Assembly (NCBI RefSeq): GCF_009914755.1 | Contig: NC_060932.1 | DNA length: 64,000 bases | Direction: 5' to 3' (one strand) | DNA from: the human T2T-CHM13v2.0 reference genome, Homo sapiens | Shown here: piece after piece, positions 12,685 to 28,259 of the stretch | Numbering within the stretch: the stretch's first letter is position 1 | Layout of the letters: the number at the start of each line of letters is the position of its first letter | Translations under genes and position numbers: made by a program | The notes under the pieces: generated by a model | The model's database searches: none | Seen by the model: the letters and a program-made list of their open reading frames with translations, nothing else | What the model was told of the DNA's origin: nothing

Positions 12685-12875
12685 TTACTGAGCTCTTACT
12701 ATGTGCTGAGCAATGTGCTGAGTGATTTTCCAGGATTTTTTTTTACTTAATCTTTCGAACAACCCTATAAAGTAGAAACTCTTATTTCCATCTTCAAAAT
12801 AAAAAAAGTAAGGCACAAAAAGTTTAAATAGCTCGTCCAAGATAAGCCGAGGAACCAGGATTCAGAAACTGGTGG
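12685..12875 (-). mobile_element. MIR fragment
   Basis: 'tttactgagctcttactatgtgc...aacaaccctat...aggcaca...ccaggattc' reverse MIR. Confidence 0.75.
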
Positions 12876-13605
12876 TCTCATGCTTATTAGCCATACTAGA
12901 TACCACGGATGGCAGGGGCATGCAAAGGGTCAAAGGGACAAGCCCTACTTAGAGTAAGTTAACAAACTAAAATAATTAATCCACAAGCTCACTCTACAGG
13001 AAAAAAAAAAAAAGATGGTAACAAACCATTCCTTCTATTTCCAGAATGTGTAGCCCTGGGCTCATTACCTACTGCCGCCACTTTTTCCCTGGTGCTACAT
13101 AAATTTAGAATGCCATACCCCAAATTACAAATATCATCAGTTTTCCAGAGTCATCAAAGACCTTGCTGTGCCCACAGCGCCTAACAAGGGCACCTGTCAT
13201 TAGTTAAATAAGTAAACTACTAGGTTGGTAACAGAAGGGTCAACACAAATACATCTGCTAATTGGCTGTTGAACCAATGTCCCAGCAAAGGGAAGAGGAG
13301 CTCCACTGCCCACAGTAGGACCTGGAGTTTCAGTCTTTGGCTTTTGGACTAACTCTTGCTGTCTAAGGAGTAACACTGGGTGGGAAACTATTTTACACCA
13401 GGAAGTCCCAAGGATGGGAAGCAGGGGCAGGTCTGGCACAGAATGGGGAAGGGTAGGTGAAGCTCCAACAAGTTCCCTCCTCTTGGTCCTCCTACTACTG
13501 CCTCTCCCTACTACTCCAGGCTGCTCCTGCCTCTCCTGCTACTGACTCTCCATTGTGTTTGGGACATACTGCACTTTCACAAGCTAAAAGGACATAGACT
13601 TCTTG

Positions 13606-13783
13606 AAGCAATGTGGCAGAACAAACTCTGAAATCAAACCAGGTTGAAATCTTGACTTTACCACCTATCACTGTGCGACGTGCTAAACTCCTTGGAGTCC
13701 TCTGAGCCTCAGTTTCTTCATCTATACAACTGAGATATGAATAGCATCTTCCTTATAGAATTGATGTGAAGATTAAATGCAAG
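13606..13783 (+). mobile_element. MIR fragment
   Basis: Core 'ctctgagcctcagtttcttcatctatacaa' and 'gtgaagattaaatg'. Confidence 0.8.
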
Positions 13784-13864
13784 TCACCTCCCAGCACTGC
13801 ATAAATAAAAGCTGCTCTTCCAGACTCTGGACTGATGAAAAGTAGTGACATTTTCTTTCTCTAA

Positions 13865-14130
13865 CTTATGAGGAGGTAGACATTAAAATAAGTGTTATGT
13901 TCACCAAAGCAATTGCCATAAGAATATCTTTAGGCAGCATTTTTTCCTGAAGCTTCTTTTACTTAACACATTTCTAGAACTTCTTCTCTGGAACTGCCTT
14001 CAGTATGTATAACTTTGGTGATCTCTCTCCTTAGGGGATGAATTGAGACAAGAGTGACCATTCAGAGCCAAGGGAGGTATTGGGAAGAGAAGCATCCTGT
14101 TGGTCAAATGCAAGGGGCGACTGTGAAGTC
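13865..14130. mobile_element. Probable MARNA-like ancient mariner fossil
   Basis: 'ttctagaacttcttctctggaactgccttcag' and 'cattcagagccaag' resemble recalled MARNA sequence; no TIRs confirmed. Confidence 0.45.
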
Positions 14131-14402
14131 CCAATCTGGTTCCAACACTATTACTCTAGTGATAGTGTCTCCAGCTCTATCACTGCCACCCACAGCTCTC
14201 TGATTCTACACACTCAAGCCTCACCCCACCCCTGGCCCAGCAGAGTTTTTCCCTGTTCCCAGGGCTCCTTGAGGGCTACTGTTCCTGAATGAAGTGTCAC
14301 AGCCTTCTCTTCCTGATCCATCCAGAGATATCCTATTTATCTAGTAAACCCCAGCCCACAGGTCAACCCTTCTGTGAAGCTTCTCCTGTCTGTGAGCCAC
14401 AC

Positions 14403-14875
14403 TAGCACAGTGGTTAAAGACACAGACATGAAAGTCCAATGACAAGGGCTGAGGAGAAGCAGCAGGGCAAGGTTGCCATGTGCATGGCCCGGAGAGCCAC
14501 ATGGCTGGGGTCTGAATCCTGCCTCTACTACATGGTCATGAGCCTTGTGCCTTTAGACCAGTTCCTTCATATCCCCAAGGCTCATTACTCTCAATGATGA
14601 AATAGAATAGAGTAGTAGCTACTTCAGAGGTCTACTTTGGAGCTTATATAAAGCACCTAGAACAATACCCAGCAAGTATTTGTTTAATAAAGTCCTAAAA
14701 CCATCTCTTAGCTGGGTGACCTTGAGTGGCCCATCTAACTTTTTTTGCATCTCACTTTTTTGTCTTTAAAATTTGAAAGAAAAATAACAGCTACTTTGTA
14801 GGATTGCTGAGGATCAAACAATGTATGGCACTTGAGCAGTGCCTAATTGTGTAGAGCCTTGTATATGGTAGGATT
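14403..14875 (+). mobile_element. MIR containing a second nested MIR (about 14455-14690)
   Basis: 5' MIR head 'tagcacagtggttaaagacacagac' is interrupted by a second MIR and resumes at 'ttagctgggtgaccttgag'. Confidence 0.65.
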
Positions 14876-15027
14876 TCAACAAAGTTATAGTTTTTTTAAA
14901 AAGTTTGCTTCTTCTGAACTCAGTAACAGCTTATTTATTATCTCTATTATGGTACACATCAAATTATATTACAATAGCCCAGACTGGGGACTTCTTGAGA
15001 ACAGGAACTCTGTCATTATCCTTCTGA

Positions 15028-15927
15028 TGAAGGGAAAGCCAATTCAGCTGGCAACTAAGATGCGAGAAGGATCTGAAAATTCAAACCAAAACCATAACTT
15101 GCAAAATTAGATTATTATTCACAACATTGAAAACCTGTATAAGCCATGACATGCAAAACAAACTAAACCCGGACTCTATACCTGCTCATTCAGACACATA
15201 TTTTATTCAGCCATTCTTGCACTGATATAAAGAAATACCTGAGCCTGGGTAATTTATAAGAAAAGAGATTTAATTGGCTCACGGTTCTGCAGGCTGTATA
15301 GGAAGCACAGTGGCATATGCTTCTGGGGAGGCCTCAGGAAGCTTCCAGTCATGGTGGAAGGCAAAGGGGTAGCAGGCACATCACATGGCGAAAACAGGAG
15401 CAAGAGAAAGGGGAGGTGCCACACACTTTTATACAACCAGATCTCCTGCGAACTCAGAGCAAGAGCTCACTCATCACCAAGAGGATGGCCAAAGCCATTC
15501 ATGAGGGATTCACCCCCATGATCCAAACACCTCCCACCAGGCCCCACCTTCAACACTGGGGCTTACATTTCCCAAACATGAGATTTGGGTGGAGACATAT
15601 ATCCAAACTATATCACATATGTTCTAAATAAGGCCACAGACAAACTGATCTACCTATAACACCACAGAGTCACGTGTCCTCAAGATAAGAGCACCAATTG
15701 TTCCAGCAACTTCCTGGTTTATGAATTCCGAGCAATCTCTTCTAAGAGCATCCTATAACTAACTTCTGCCCTGCAAACTCTATAGATATTCTTCCCAAGC
15801 TTCCACCTGTTGAAATGCCCCACACCTCTCCACAGTGTGACTCTCTCTTACTGCAGCAGCAAGGTAATAAAGCTAAGTTTGTTTGCCTCTGGTGTGTTCC
15901 TGGCAGTCTGTTCTGTGGGCTTTCACA
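15028..15927 (+). mobile_element. ERV LTR (MER90-like), split by an MSTB insertion
   Basis: 3' end 'ctgcagcagcaaggtaataaagctaagtttgtttgcctctggtgtgttcctggcagtctg...tttcaca' with AATAAA; family assignment tentative. Confidence 0.5.
15202..15615 (-). mobile_element. MSTB MaLR solo LTR
   Basis: Reverse MSTB ending 'ccaaactatatca'; perfect 5-bp TSD CATAT (15197-15201 and 15616-15620). Confidence 0.92.
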
Positions 15928-16394
15928 CATTTTGGCATACCAAGGGCTTGGCATGGTGCCTGGTACTAAGCAGGCATTCAGTAAATTGTCTTGAACAAAA
16001 GGATGGAGTAACAAGACTCTTTTCATAACTCAGGAGACCTGAAGAGAATTCTAAATAGACAGTTTCAAAAATATTAGGAGCCACATCTAACAGCCTTGAG
16101 AGGACTACGTATATAAGTTTCCAGGCTGTATGCCTTAATGAGCTATCATCAACTGAAGCTATGTAATCAAGAATGCTGATGAAAAGCCAGTCTTGTTGCT
16201 GGGCACTTCTACACATCAAGTATAATTCCTGACCTACAGGAAATTATAAACTAACCAAGGACACAAGGTGAAGAAGCAAGTGGACATGATCTGGGTTCCT
16301 ACAGCACCGAGCATTGGATCTTGCCCATAGCTGTTGCTCACAACAATATCTTCTTTGGTTACTGACAGGGGTTTTACTCTGCAGGTAACAACTG

Positions 16395-16680
16395 GCTGAG
16401 AGTTTTTAAGCAGAGGCAGATCCTGATAAATATGACCTAGGTCTAGGAAGCCTACTGTGGCAAGAGGAGGCAGACTTGTTGGAGGTCATCTTGACAAGTC
16501 AGGGCAGAAAGAAGGTCCTTGCCTATGAAACTAACGGTGGAAAAGGAAGGATGTATCTTTCAGAGCTAGAAGAGACAACCATGGCAACTAACGGTCCTCC
16601 AGGGACTATGGCAGGCAGCAGAGTTAAAGATGCATCAATGTTACAACCACGGTGATTTGGAAAATAATCCTGACACAGAC
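16395..16680 (-). mobile_element. L2 LINE fragment
   Basis: 'gagagtttttaagcagagg...gaggcagac...gtcagggcagaaag' reverse L2 pattern. Confidence 0.55.
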
Positions 16681-18199
16681 AAGAATAGCTGCAAAGGACA
16701 GAGATTATCTTTACATCAGTGCTAATCCCCATTATCACGGGCTTCAGGTTCTTAACTTAGGTTAAAGCACAAGCTAGCATGGCGTTGCATTAACTACTAC
16801 CTGCCTGCTCGAACACTTTGCACAGGTCAGATCAATAAGAGCAAGATAGGCCTTGGTATCTACTTAGAGTCAGTAACTATGAGCAGCTTATGGATTCCAG
16901 CTACTCAGAGTCATGACATTCCTTTCACAAGCCATGATAGACAGATTTGGCTTTTTAAGCTTTGCTCAAAATTTCCATTAAGCTCATTTAAGCTCTGAGA
17001 GTCAAAGACTCTCAAACTTTATTTAAGCCAATCAGCCACTAGAAAGAATAGCTTTTGACCACTTTTTGACGTTTTAACTTAACATTTTGTGATATAAAGA
17101 GAGCAGGCAATATGGCTGAGGACAAAGCCAGGCCGGACATTGTTCCAGGCTAGGGAACAAAGGAAACACAGTGTAAACTAATGAACAATGTAAATACATA
17201 AATAATATTTTTAAAGAGCATGCTTTTATTTTTTTTTTCCTGGAACCTTTTAGATGAAGGTAGCTTTGCCCAAGAACCCATCACCAATAGGGGAAGAAAA
17301 GGTTGGGTTAAATAAGACAAAAACATCACTGCAGATAGGAGGCTGAGAAGCTTTCACTGTATCATGTTTAAAGACTTGATGCAAAGTACTTCAGAGAGGT
17401 AGTCCACCGGAAAAGGAAAATCAAACACAAATTTCTTTTCCCAAGAATGTAATCTTCTCGGCATGGCGTTTTGTTGCTCACTAAAAACTCCCTGCTAAAG
17501 AAAACATTTTCAGGTCGCTCCACTGAATCTGCTGCAACTGGTCTATTTTCAGCTCTATTTCTCTGAGCCTCGCAGCAGAAGTTCTTAAATGATCCTGGGA
17601 CCAGGTTTGGTTAAAGTTGCCAAGAGCATTTAAGATCGTGTTGTTTTGCTTTTGTTTTCCAATAATCTACAGCTGGGGGTATGAGAGGCTACAGTGGATG
17701 TTTTTCCCAGAAACATGCCTTTCTACCACTGGGTCATCTGAGTCTATTTTCATTAAATAATGTATGCACAAATAATCAACGAACAACTGGAAATGATTAT
17801 TTAGTAATTACATTTCACTCCAACAGAAATAGCCCATTAGGACAATAAGAGCATTCAGGTAATGACAGCCATTTTTAACTCTGAAAATGCCAGCTGGGGC
17901 AACCAATAACAGCTGTGCCATCCCTCCAGGCCCCTTGAGGTCAAATGCAGGCTCCACATTCTTAAAGATCAACACCTTTTTCACCACCATAATGAGGCTA
18001 AGAAAACTCAGGCAAACAGGGTCTTTATGCACCAGAACTTCAGAACAGGCTAGGGGAATAGCAAGTCATTTTAAAACAATAAAACTGACTCTTTTTTAAA
18101 AGATGGATTTACTCGTTAATTTAATGCATCTGCTTTGCATTTCCTGCAAACCTAATGTCACAAGTAATAATTTGGGGGGCTCAATTGCAATGGGCGATT

Positions 18200-18673
18200 T
18201 TGCTGGTATTCCCTGTCTCTCCCCACCCCACAATTCTTCCAGCCATACTCCACCTCTCACTGTCCCAAAGTTATCTACACTGCCATGACCCCTGGCTTCT
18301 GTTAGGTTTGATGAAGGGTAGCACCAGCCAAAGGTGGGGAGTGGGAGCAGTGCAATGGGGTGCTGTTTCTCCTACCCTCTCCACTTCTCTGCAGTGTCCC
18401 ACAATGGGTATGTCCCTTCACAGCTCTGGCTTCTGCTCAGTGGCCCTTCCATCATGATTACAACCCTCATGGGTCTCCACAATTTGCTCCTCTTGTTTCT
18501 GTGGCCCAAGGATGGCGATGGCTTACCCCTGCTGCTAGTTTTTGGGAGCCAGATCACCCTCTGTTTATCTCTATAATCCTCCCCAGGGGTCTGCAGTAGT
18601 CCCTTCATTAGACTCTCTTCATTCAAACCCTCGGAGGCAGATTCAGTTTCCAGCCAAGACCCCAGTGTAACCA
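18200..18673 (+). mobile_element. LTR33-like ERVL solo LTR
   Basis: 'ccctggcttctgttaggtttg...gcaccagc' core, 'tagtcccttcattagactctct' and end 'gtttccagccaagacccc'. Confidence 0.6.
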
Positions 18674-19021
18674 GTTTTTAAAATAAAGATAAAGGTGTCC
18701 CTTTCCTGGCTAAGAATGATGAGCAAACACAAAAGACCTATACCTATGAAAAATATGCATGAGTAAAACAAACTTCCACTAGCCTTCTCTTTTAGCAAAC
18801 TTAGTGTATTTAATGTCAAACTTAATGGCAAAAAATGCAAATTACAGCTAATATTCCTCTTTTCTAACTTCTACTCCTGGTTTGAAATGAGGGGGAAAAA
18901 ATCATACCCACTCACACTCACCATCAAAAAAAAAAAAAAAAAAAAAGCCCAAGAAAGTCCAGTTCTAAAGACTAGTGATTCCACATAAGTCCCATGGATG
19001 CTTGAATAATATGAGCTCTTT

Positions 19022-19533
19022 AGAAGTCGTTACATGAAAAAGATACTTGCACACATATGTTTATACCAGCACAATTCACAATTGCAAAAATATAGAACCA
19101 GCCCAAATGCCCAACAATCAATGAGAAGATAAAGAAATTGTGGTATATATATATATGCATACATACATACCATGGAATACTACCCAGCCATAAAAAAGAA
19201 TGAAGTAATGGCATTCACAGCAACCTGGATGGAATTGGAGACCATTATTCTAAGTGAAGTAACTCAGGAATGGAAAACCAAACATCATATGTTCTCACGC
19301 GTAATTGGGAGCTAAGCTATGAGGATGCAAAGGCATAAGAATGATACAATGGACTTTGGGGACTCGGGGGAAAGGGTAGGGAGGTGAGGAATAAAAGACT
19401 ACACCTTGGGTACAGTGTACACTGCTTGGGTGATGGGTGCACCAAAATCTCAGAAATCACCACGAAAGAACTTATCAATGTAACCAAACTCCACCTGTTC
19501 CCCCAAAACCTATTGAAATTCAATAAAATAAAA
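19022..19533 (+). mobile_element. L1PB1-like LINE-1 3' end (5' truncated)
   Basis: Diagnostic 'gagctaagctatgaggatgcaaaggcataagaatgatacaatggactttgggg' and 'ccccaaaacctattgaaat' plus A-rich tail. Confidence 0.9.
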
Positions 19534-19749
19534 GCAGCTATATGTATGGAAAATAAAAAAATTAATAAAAAATAAAAGTAGGCTATTATTCTCTAAAAAT
19601 AAAATAATAACATTCAAGTGCTTATTCCTTTGCAATTACAAAAAAAAAATCGAAAAACATTTTTCTGAATCTTTTTCTTTAGTTCCTAGAGTTTGATTCA
19701 CTATACTGCAGAAAGGGTAATCATCTCTCCTTTCAAAAACTGGAGAGTT

Positions 19750-20769
19750 GGGGGTGGAACCAAGATGGCAGAATAGGAACAGCTCCAGTCTACAGCTCCC
19801 TGCATGAGCGACGCAGAAGACGAACGATTTCTGCAGTTCCAACTGAGGTACCGGGTGTATCTCACTGGGGATTGTCGGACAGTGGGTGCAGGACAGTGGG
19901 TCCAGCGCACCGAGCGTGAGCCGAAGCAGGGCGAGGCATTGCCTCACCCAGGAAGTGCAAGGGGTTGGGGAGTTCCCTTTCCTAGGGATGACGGATGGCA
20001 CCTGGAAAATCGGGTCACTCCCACCCTAATACTGCGCTTTTCTCACAGTCTTAGCAAACAGCACACCAGGAGACCATATTCCGCGCCTGGCTCAGAGGGT
20101 CCTACACCCACGGAGCCGTGCTCATTGCTAGCACAGCAGTCTGAGATCAAACTGCAAGATGGCAGCGAGGCTGGGGGAGGGGTACCCGCCATTGCCGAGG
20201 GGTGCCCGCCATTCCCAGCCAAAGCAGCTGGGAAGCTCAATCTGGGTAGAGCCCACTGCAGCTCAAGGAGGCCTGCCTGCCTCTGTAGACTCCACTTCTG
20301 GGGGTGGGGCATAGCCAAACAAAAGGCAGCAGAAACCTCTGCAGACTTAAATGTCCCTGTCTGACAGCTTTGAAGAGAGTAGTGGTTCTCCCGGCACACA
20401 GCTTGAGATCTGAGAATGGATAGACTGCCTCAAGTGGGTCCCTGAACCCCGAATAGCCTAACTGGGAGGCATCCCCCAGTAGGAGCAGACTGACACCTCA
20501 CACAGCTGGGTAGTCCTCTGAGACAAAACTTCCAGAGGAATGATCAGGCAACAACACTTGCTGTTCACCAATATCTGCTGTTCTGCAGCCTCTGCTGCTG
20601 ATACCCAGGCAAACAGGGTCTGGAGTGGACCTCCTGCAAACTCCAACAGACATGCAGCTGAGGGTCCTGACTGTTAGAAGGAAAACTAACAAACAGAAAG
20701 GACAGCCACACCAAAACCCCATCTGTACGTCACCATCATCAAAGACCAAAGGTAGACAAAACCACAAAG
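19750..20769 (+). promoter_or_regulatory. L1 5'UTR internal promoter (sense) and antisense promoter region
   Basis: YY1 core CAAGATGGC at 19761-19769; ancestral 128-bp segment 20517-20644 retained; activity not shown by sequence. Confidence 0.75.
20043..20192 (-). pseudogene. L1 ORF0 remnant (49 aa, premature stop)
   Basis: MAGTPPPASLPSCSLISDCCASNEHGSVGVGPSEPGAEYGLLVCCLLRL* matches the primate L1 ORF0 N-terminus. Confidence 0.85.
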
Positions 20770-21786
20770 ATGGGGAAGAAACAGAGCAGAAAAACTGAAA
20801 AATCTAAAAATCAGAGTGCCTCTCCTCCTCCAAAGGAATACAGCTCCTCACCAGCAACGGAACAAAGCCAGACGGAGAATGACTTTGATGAGTAGAGAGA
20901 AGAAGGCTTCAGATGATCAAACTACTCTGAGCTAAAGGAGGAAGTTTGAACCCATGGCAAAGAAGTTAAAAACCTTGAAAAAAGATTAGATGAATGGCTA
21001 ACTAGAATAACCAATGCAGAGAAGTCCTTAAAGGACCTGATGGAGCTGAAAACCATGGCACGAGAACTACGTGATGAACGCACAAGCCTCAGTAGCTGAT
21101 TCGATCAACTGGAAGAAAGGGTATCAGTGATGGAAGATCAAATGAATGAAATGAAGTGAGAAGAGAAGTTTAGAGAAAAAAGAATAAAAAGAAATGAACA
21201 AAGTCTCCAAGAAATATGGGACTATGTGAAAAGACCAAATCTACGTCTGATTGGTGTACCTGAAAGTGATGGGGAGAATGGAACCAAGCTGGAAAACACT
21301 CTGCAGGATATTGTCCAGGAGAACTTCCCCAATCTGGCAAGGCAGGCCAACATTCAAATTCAGGAAATACAGAGAATGCCACAAAGATACTCCTCGAGAA
21401 GAGCAACTCCAAGACACATAATTGTCAGATTCACCAAAGTTGAAATGATGGAAAAAATGTTAAGGGCAGCCAGAGAAAAAGGTCGGGTTACCCACAAAGG
21501 GAAGCCCATCAGACTAACAGCTGATCTCTCAGCAGAAACTCTACAAGCCAGAAGAGAGTGGGGGTCAATATTCGACATTCTTAAAGAAAAGAATTTTCAA
21601 CCCAGAATTTCATATCCAGCCAAACTAAGCTTCATAAGTGAAGGAGAAATAAAATACTTTACAGACAAGCAAATGCTGAGAGATTTTGTCACCACCAGGC
21701 CTAACCTAAAAGAGCTCCTGAGGGAAGCACTAAACCTGGAAAGGAACAACTGGTACCAGCCACTGCAAAAACATGCCAAATTGTAA
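20770..21786 (+). pseudogene. L1 ORF1p (RNA-binding/chaperone), disrupted
   Basis: 1017 nt = 338 codons + stop with no net frameshift; in-frame stops at 20893, 20914, 20947, 21097, 21157; KRPNLRLIGVPE and YPAKLS motifs. Confidence 0.95.
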
Positions 21787-21849
21787 AGACCATAGAGGCT
21801 AGGAAGAAACTACATCAACTAATGAGCAAAATAACCAGCTAACATCATA

Positions 21850-25674
<3,825 letters not shown>

Positions 25675-26329
25675 ACAATGAGAACACATGGACACAGGAA
25701 GGGGAACATCACACACTGGGGCCTGTTGTGGGGTGGGGGGGCAGGGGGGAGGGATAGCATTAGGAGATATACCTAATGTAAATGACGAGTTAATGGGTGC
25801 AGCACACCAACATGGCACATGTATATATATGTAACTAACCTGCACGTTGTGCACATGTACCCTAAAACTTAAAGTATAATAATAAAAAAAAAAAACTGGA
25901 GAGTTAACAAAATGGAAAAAAAAGCACTGTTTTATCCAAACCTTACAAGGTAGTATATGTTGCTCTCAAAATCCATGATCAATTCTAAGACTGTATCTCA
26001 GATGGCACTTCTTTTCTTCAGTTTGAATATTTACTTATTTAGCTGGAAGCTATGGTTTTTCCTCATATCATTAACCCACTAAAAGGATATTTGTTGAATT
26101 TGCAACAAGTTGACAAGCTGTACAGTTTCCAAGGCTAAACGTAATGTTTTCATTGGTTCTCTTTTTTTTTTTAAAGTAAGCAATGGGCCCCTAATAACAT
26201 AGTAGCTATAAATTAATAAACAGAGCACAAGTTTTAATCCAGGCACAGTTAACTAGCCAGGCTATCTCTTCTGCATTCTACTTTAAAACAAATTCTGGTT
26301 ATTGTCACTTCATCTCTTCCCTAGACCTA

Positions 26330-26758
26330 GCCTCTAGATCAGTTCTCCACCTTTCTCTCCCCTCTCTGTGCCCGGGAACAGTATGGTCCATTCCCTGCCC
26401 TCTGGCTTCTTGTTGAGTTCCTCTAACAGGAGGCACCAGTAGAAGATCCGAGCTAGAGGAGGTAAGTCCAGGGTCTGACCCCCTCCACTCCTCTGTACTT
26501 CAGAGTCTGGTGGTTCTGACAGAAGCTGGTTCTCCAATGGCACATCTCTTACTACTGCTCCCGCTGGGTGGCTCCAACTCCTCTTCCCGCTTCCCAAAGT
26601 GAATCAAAGCTTTTTACTGTAAATAGTTCCTGGTTGCCTTAACAACCCTTATTTGTTCGTTTATTTCTGTCTACACTTCTGTAAATAGTGCTTTGTTACA
26701 TTTGTTAACTTCTCTCCAGAGTATGCCTTATGTGTCCTGCTGGGTCCCTCAGTGATAC
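26330..26758 (+). mobile_element. LTR33-like ERVL solo LTR
   Basis: 'ctctctgtgcccggg...ccctgccctctggcttcttgttgagttc...ggaggcaccagtagaagatc' and end 'tcctgctgggtccctcagtgatac'. Confidence 0.7.
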
Positions 26759-26847
26759 CGGCATGACTTGGGATGAAGAGCACAAGGCACCGCTCAGGCC
26801 AGGGAAGTCCCTTATCAGCACCTGTGAGGTGTGCCCTGGCTTTGAAA

Positions 26848-27330
26848 GAGCAATGGTGTTCACTTCTAGTGTCTGAGAACCACCTGGAGAGCTTATTAAA
26901 AATGCAGATTCAAGGAAAGACTAAAAAACTATCGCAGATCCAAGGAGACTAAGGAGATATGAGGACTAAATGTAATGTGATAGCCTGGATTAAACAGAAA
27001 AAAGGGCAGTAGTGGAAAAATTGGTGAAATCTGAATAGTCTGTAGCTTGGTTCGTATTACTATACCAATGTTTATTTATTAATTTTGACAAATTATTTGG
27101 TCTATAAGAAGTTAGAAAAAGCTGGGTGAAGGAAATACAGGAACTCTTTGTACTACATTTGCAACATTTTGTTTCAACATTTGCAATATTTCTGTAAATA
27201 TAAAATTATTCCAAGATAAAATGTTTACTAAGGGGAAAAGAAGCAGATTCTCAGGTGCCTGAATCCGAATTTCATCAGTTGATACATAAGCATGTGGCTT
27301 GAGGACTGAACCTTGAAAAGTACAGCTCTA
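26848..27330. mobile_element. MER5-type hAT fossil interrupted by an L1MC
   Basis: 'agaaccacctggagagcttattaaaaatgcagattc' on the left resumes 'gcagattctcagg' on the right. Confidence 0.6.
26912..27240 (+). mobile_element. L1MC4-like LINE-1 3' end
   Basis: 'ggagactaaggagatatgaggactaaatg...gtggaaaaattggtgaaatctgaata...gctgggtgaagg...tttctgtaaatataaaattattccaagataaaa'. Confidence 0.8.
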
Positions 27331-27979
27331 AAGGACTTGGAAAATGTTAGCTCTGGTAGGGATAAGGTTGGAAACAATTGTTTGCTGACGCTAAACTACA
27401 GCATGATTACTTGACTATTTAAAGAAAAATGCCAAATGCAGCTTTGTCAAGGATCACCTTCTATTCCAGTTAATTAGAATGATTCATCCCTCGACCAGTT
27501 GCTGAATTTATTTTCATCCATAAAAACACTTGTATGTAGGTGCAGGTAATTATAGAACCAAACAAAGACAATGACACTAGAGTCCTTCTACTTCCTCCTC
27601 CCTCTGAGATTAAGGTTTTTTGCAGTGCATGTCCACACCCTCCCCCAAACTTTGAGTTTCCAAGAAGGCAGGGCCAACCAAACAGACTGACAGTGACTTT
27701 ACTCATCATTTTCATGGTGGGTGTTCTGTTTCTGAGTACACTTTGAGCTCCCTGAAGGCAGGAGCTAGATTTTCAGTTTCTTTTGTGCTTTTCTACAGCC
27801 ATTCAGTGTCCTTTAGCCAGTGCTTTTGGCAAATCAGCAACCTAAGCTTCCCCCTCTATACCCATATTTTTGCCTATTTATTGTAGATATAATTCTTCCA
27901 TTCAACATTTTCTATGCCTTTGGCATGTGTAAGAGGTGGGATAAGCAGAGGTGAAAATGTTGACATTATTACTTGTTTC

Positions 27980-28120
27980 TTAGCAATGTTAATCGAGCAC
28001 CTATTATGTGCTGACCATTATTCTAGTCACTGAGGATCCAAAAATAAATAAGAGAACCTCCACCTTCAAGGAGCTGAAAGTCAAATCAAGGAGACAGACA
28101 AGCAAGCAGACAATTCCCAA
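27980..28120 (-). mobile_element. L2 3' end fragment
   Basis: 'gagcacctattatgtgc...ccttcaaggagctga...gagacagacaag'. Confidence 0.7.
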
Positions 28121-28259
28121 ACAATCTATGAGCTCTCCGTTCCCATACTCATACTTGGCCCATCATGACTGAGCAACCCTTAGGGACAGGAATAGGTTCT
28201 AGTTCTAGGTCTGCCACTGGTAAGAACTGATTTTTTTAAAAGGCACAAACTCTAAAATA

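Larger units (their letters stand above)
14180..15995 (+). mobile_element. L2 LINE 3' part, interrupted by nested MIRs and LTRs
   Basis: L2-like pieces at about 14180-14390, 14905-15025 ('gacttcttgagaacaggaactctgtc') and 15940-15995 ('gtgcctggtactaagcaggcattcagtaaattg'). Confidence 0.6.
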
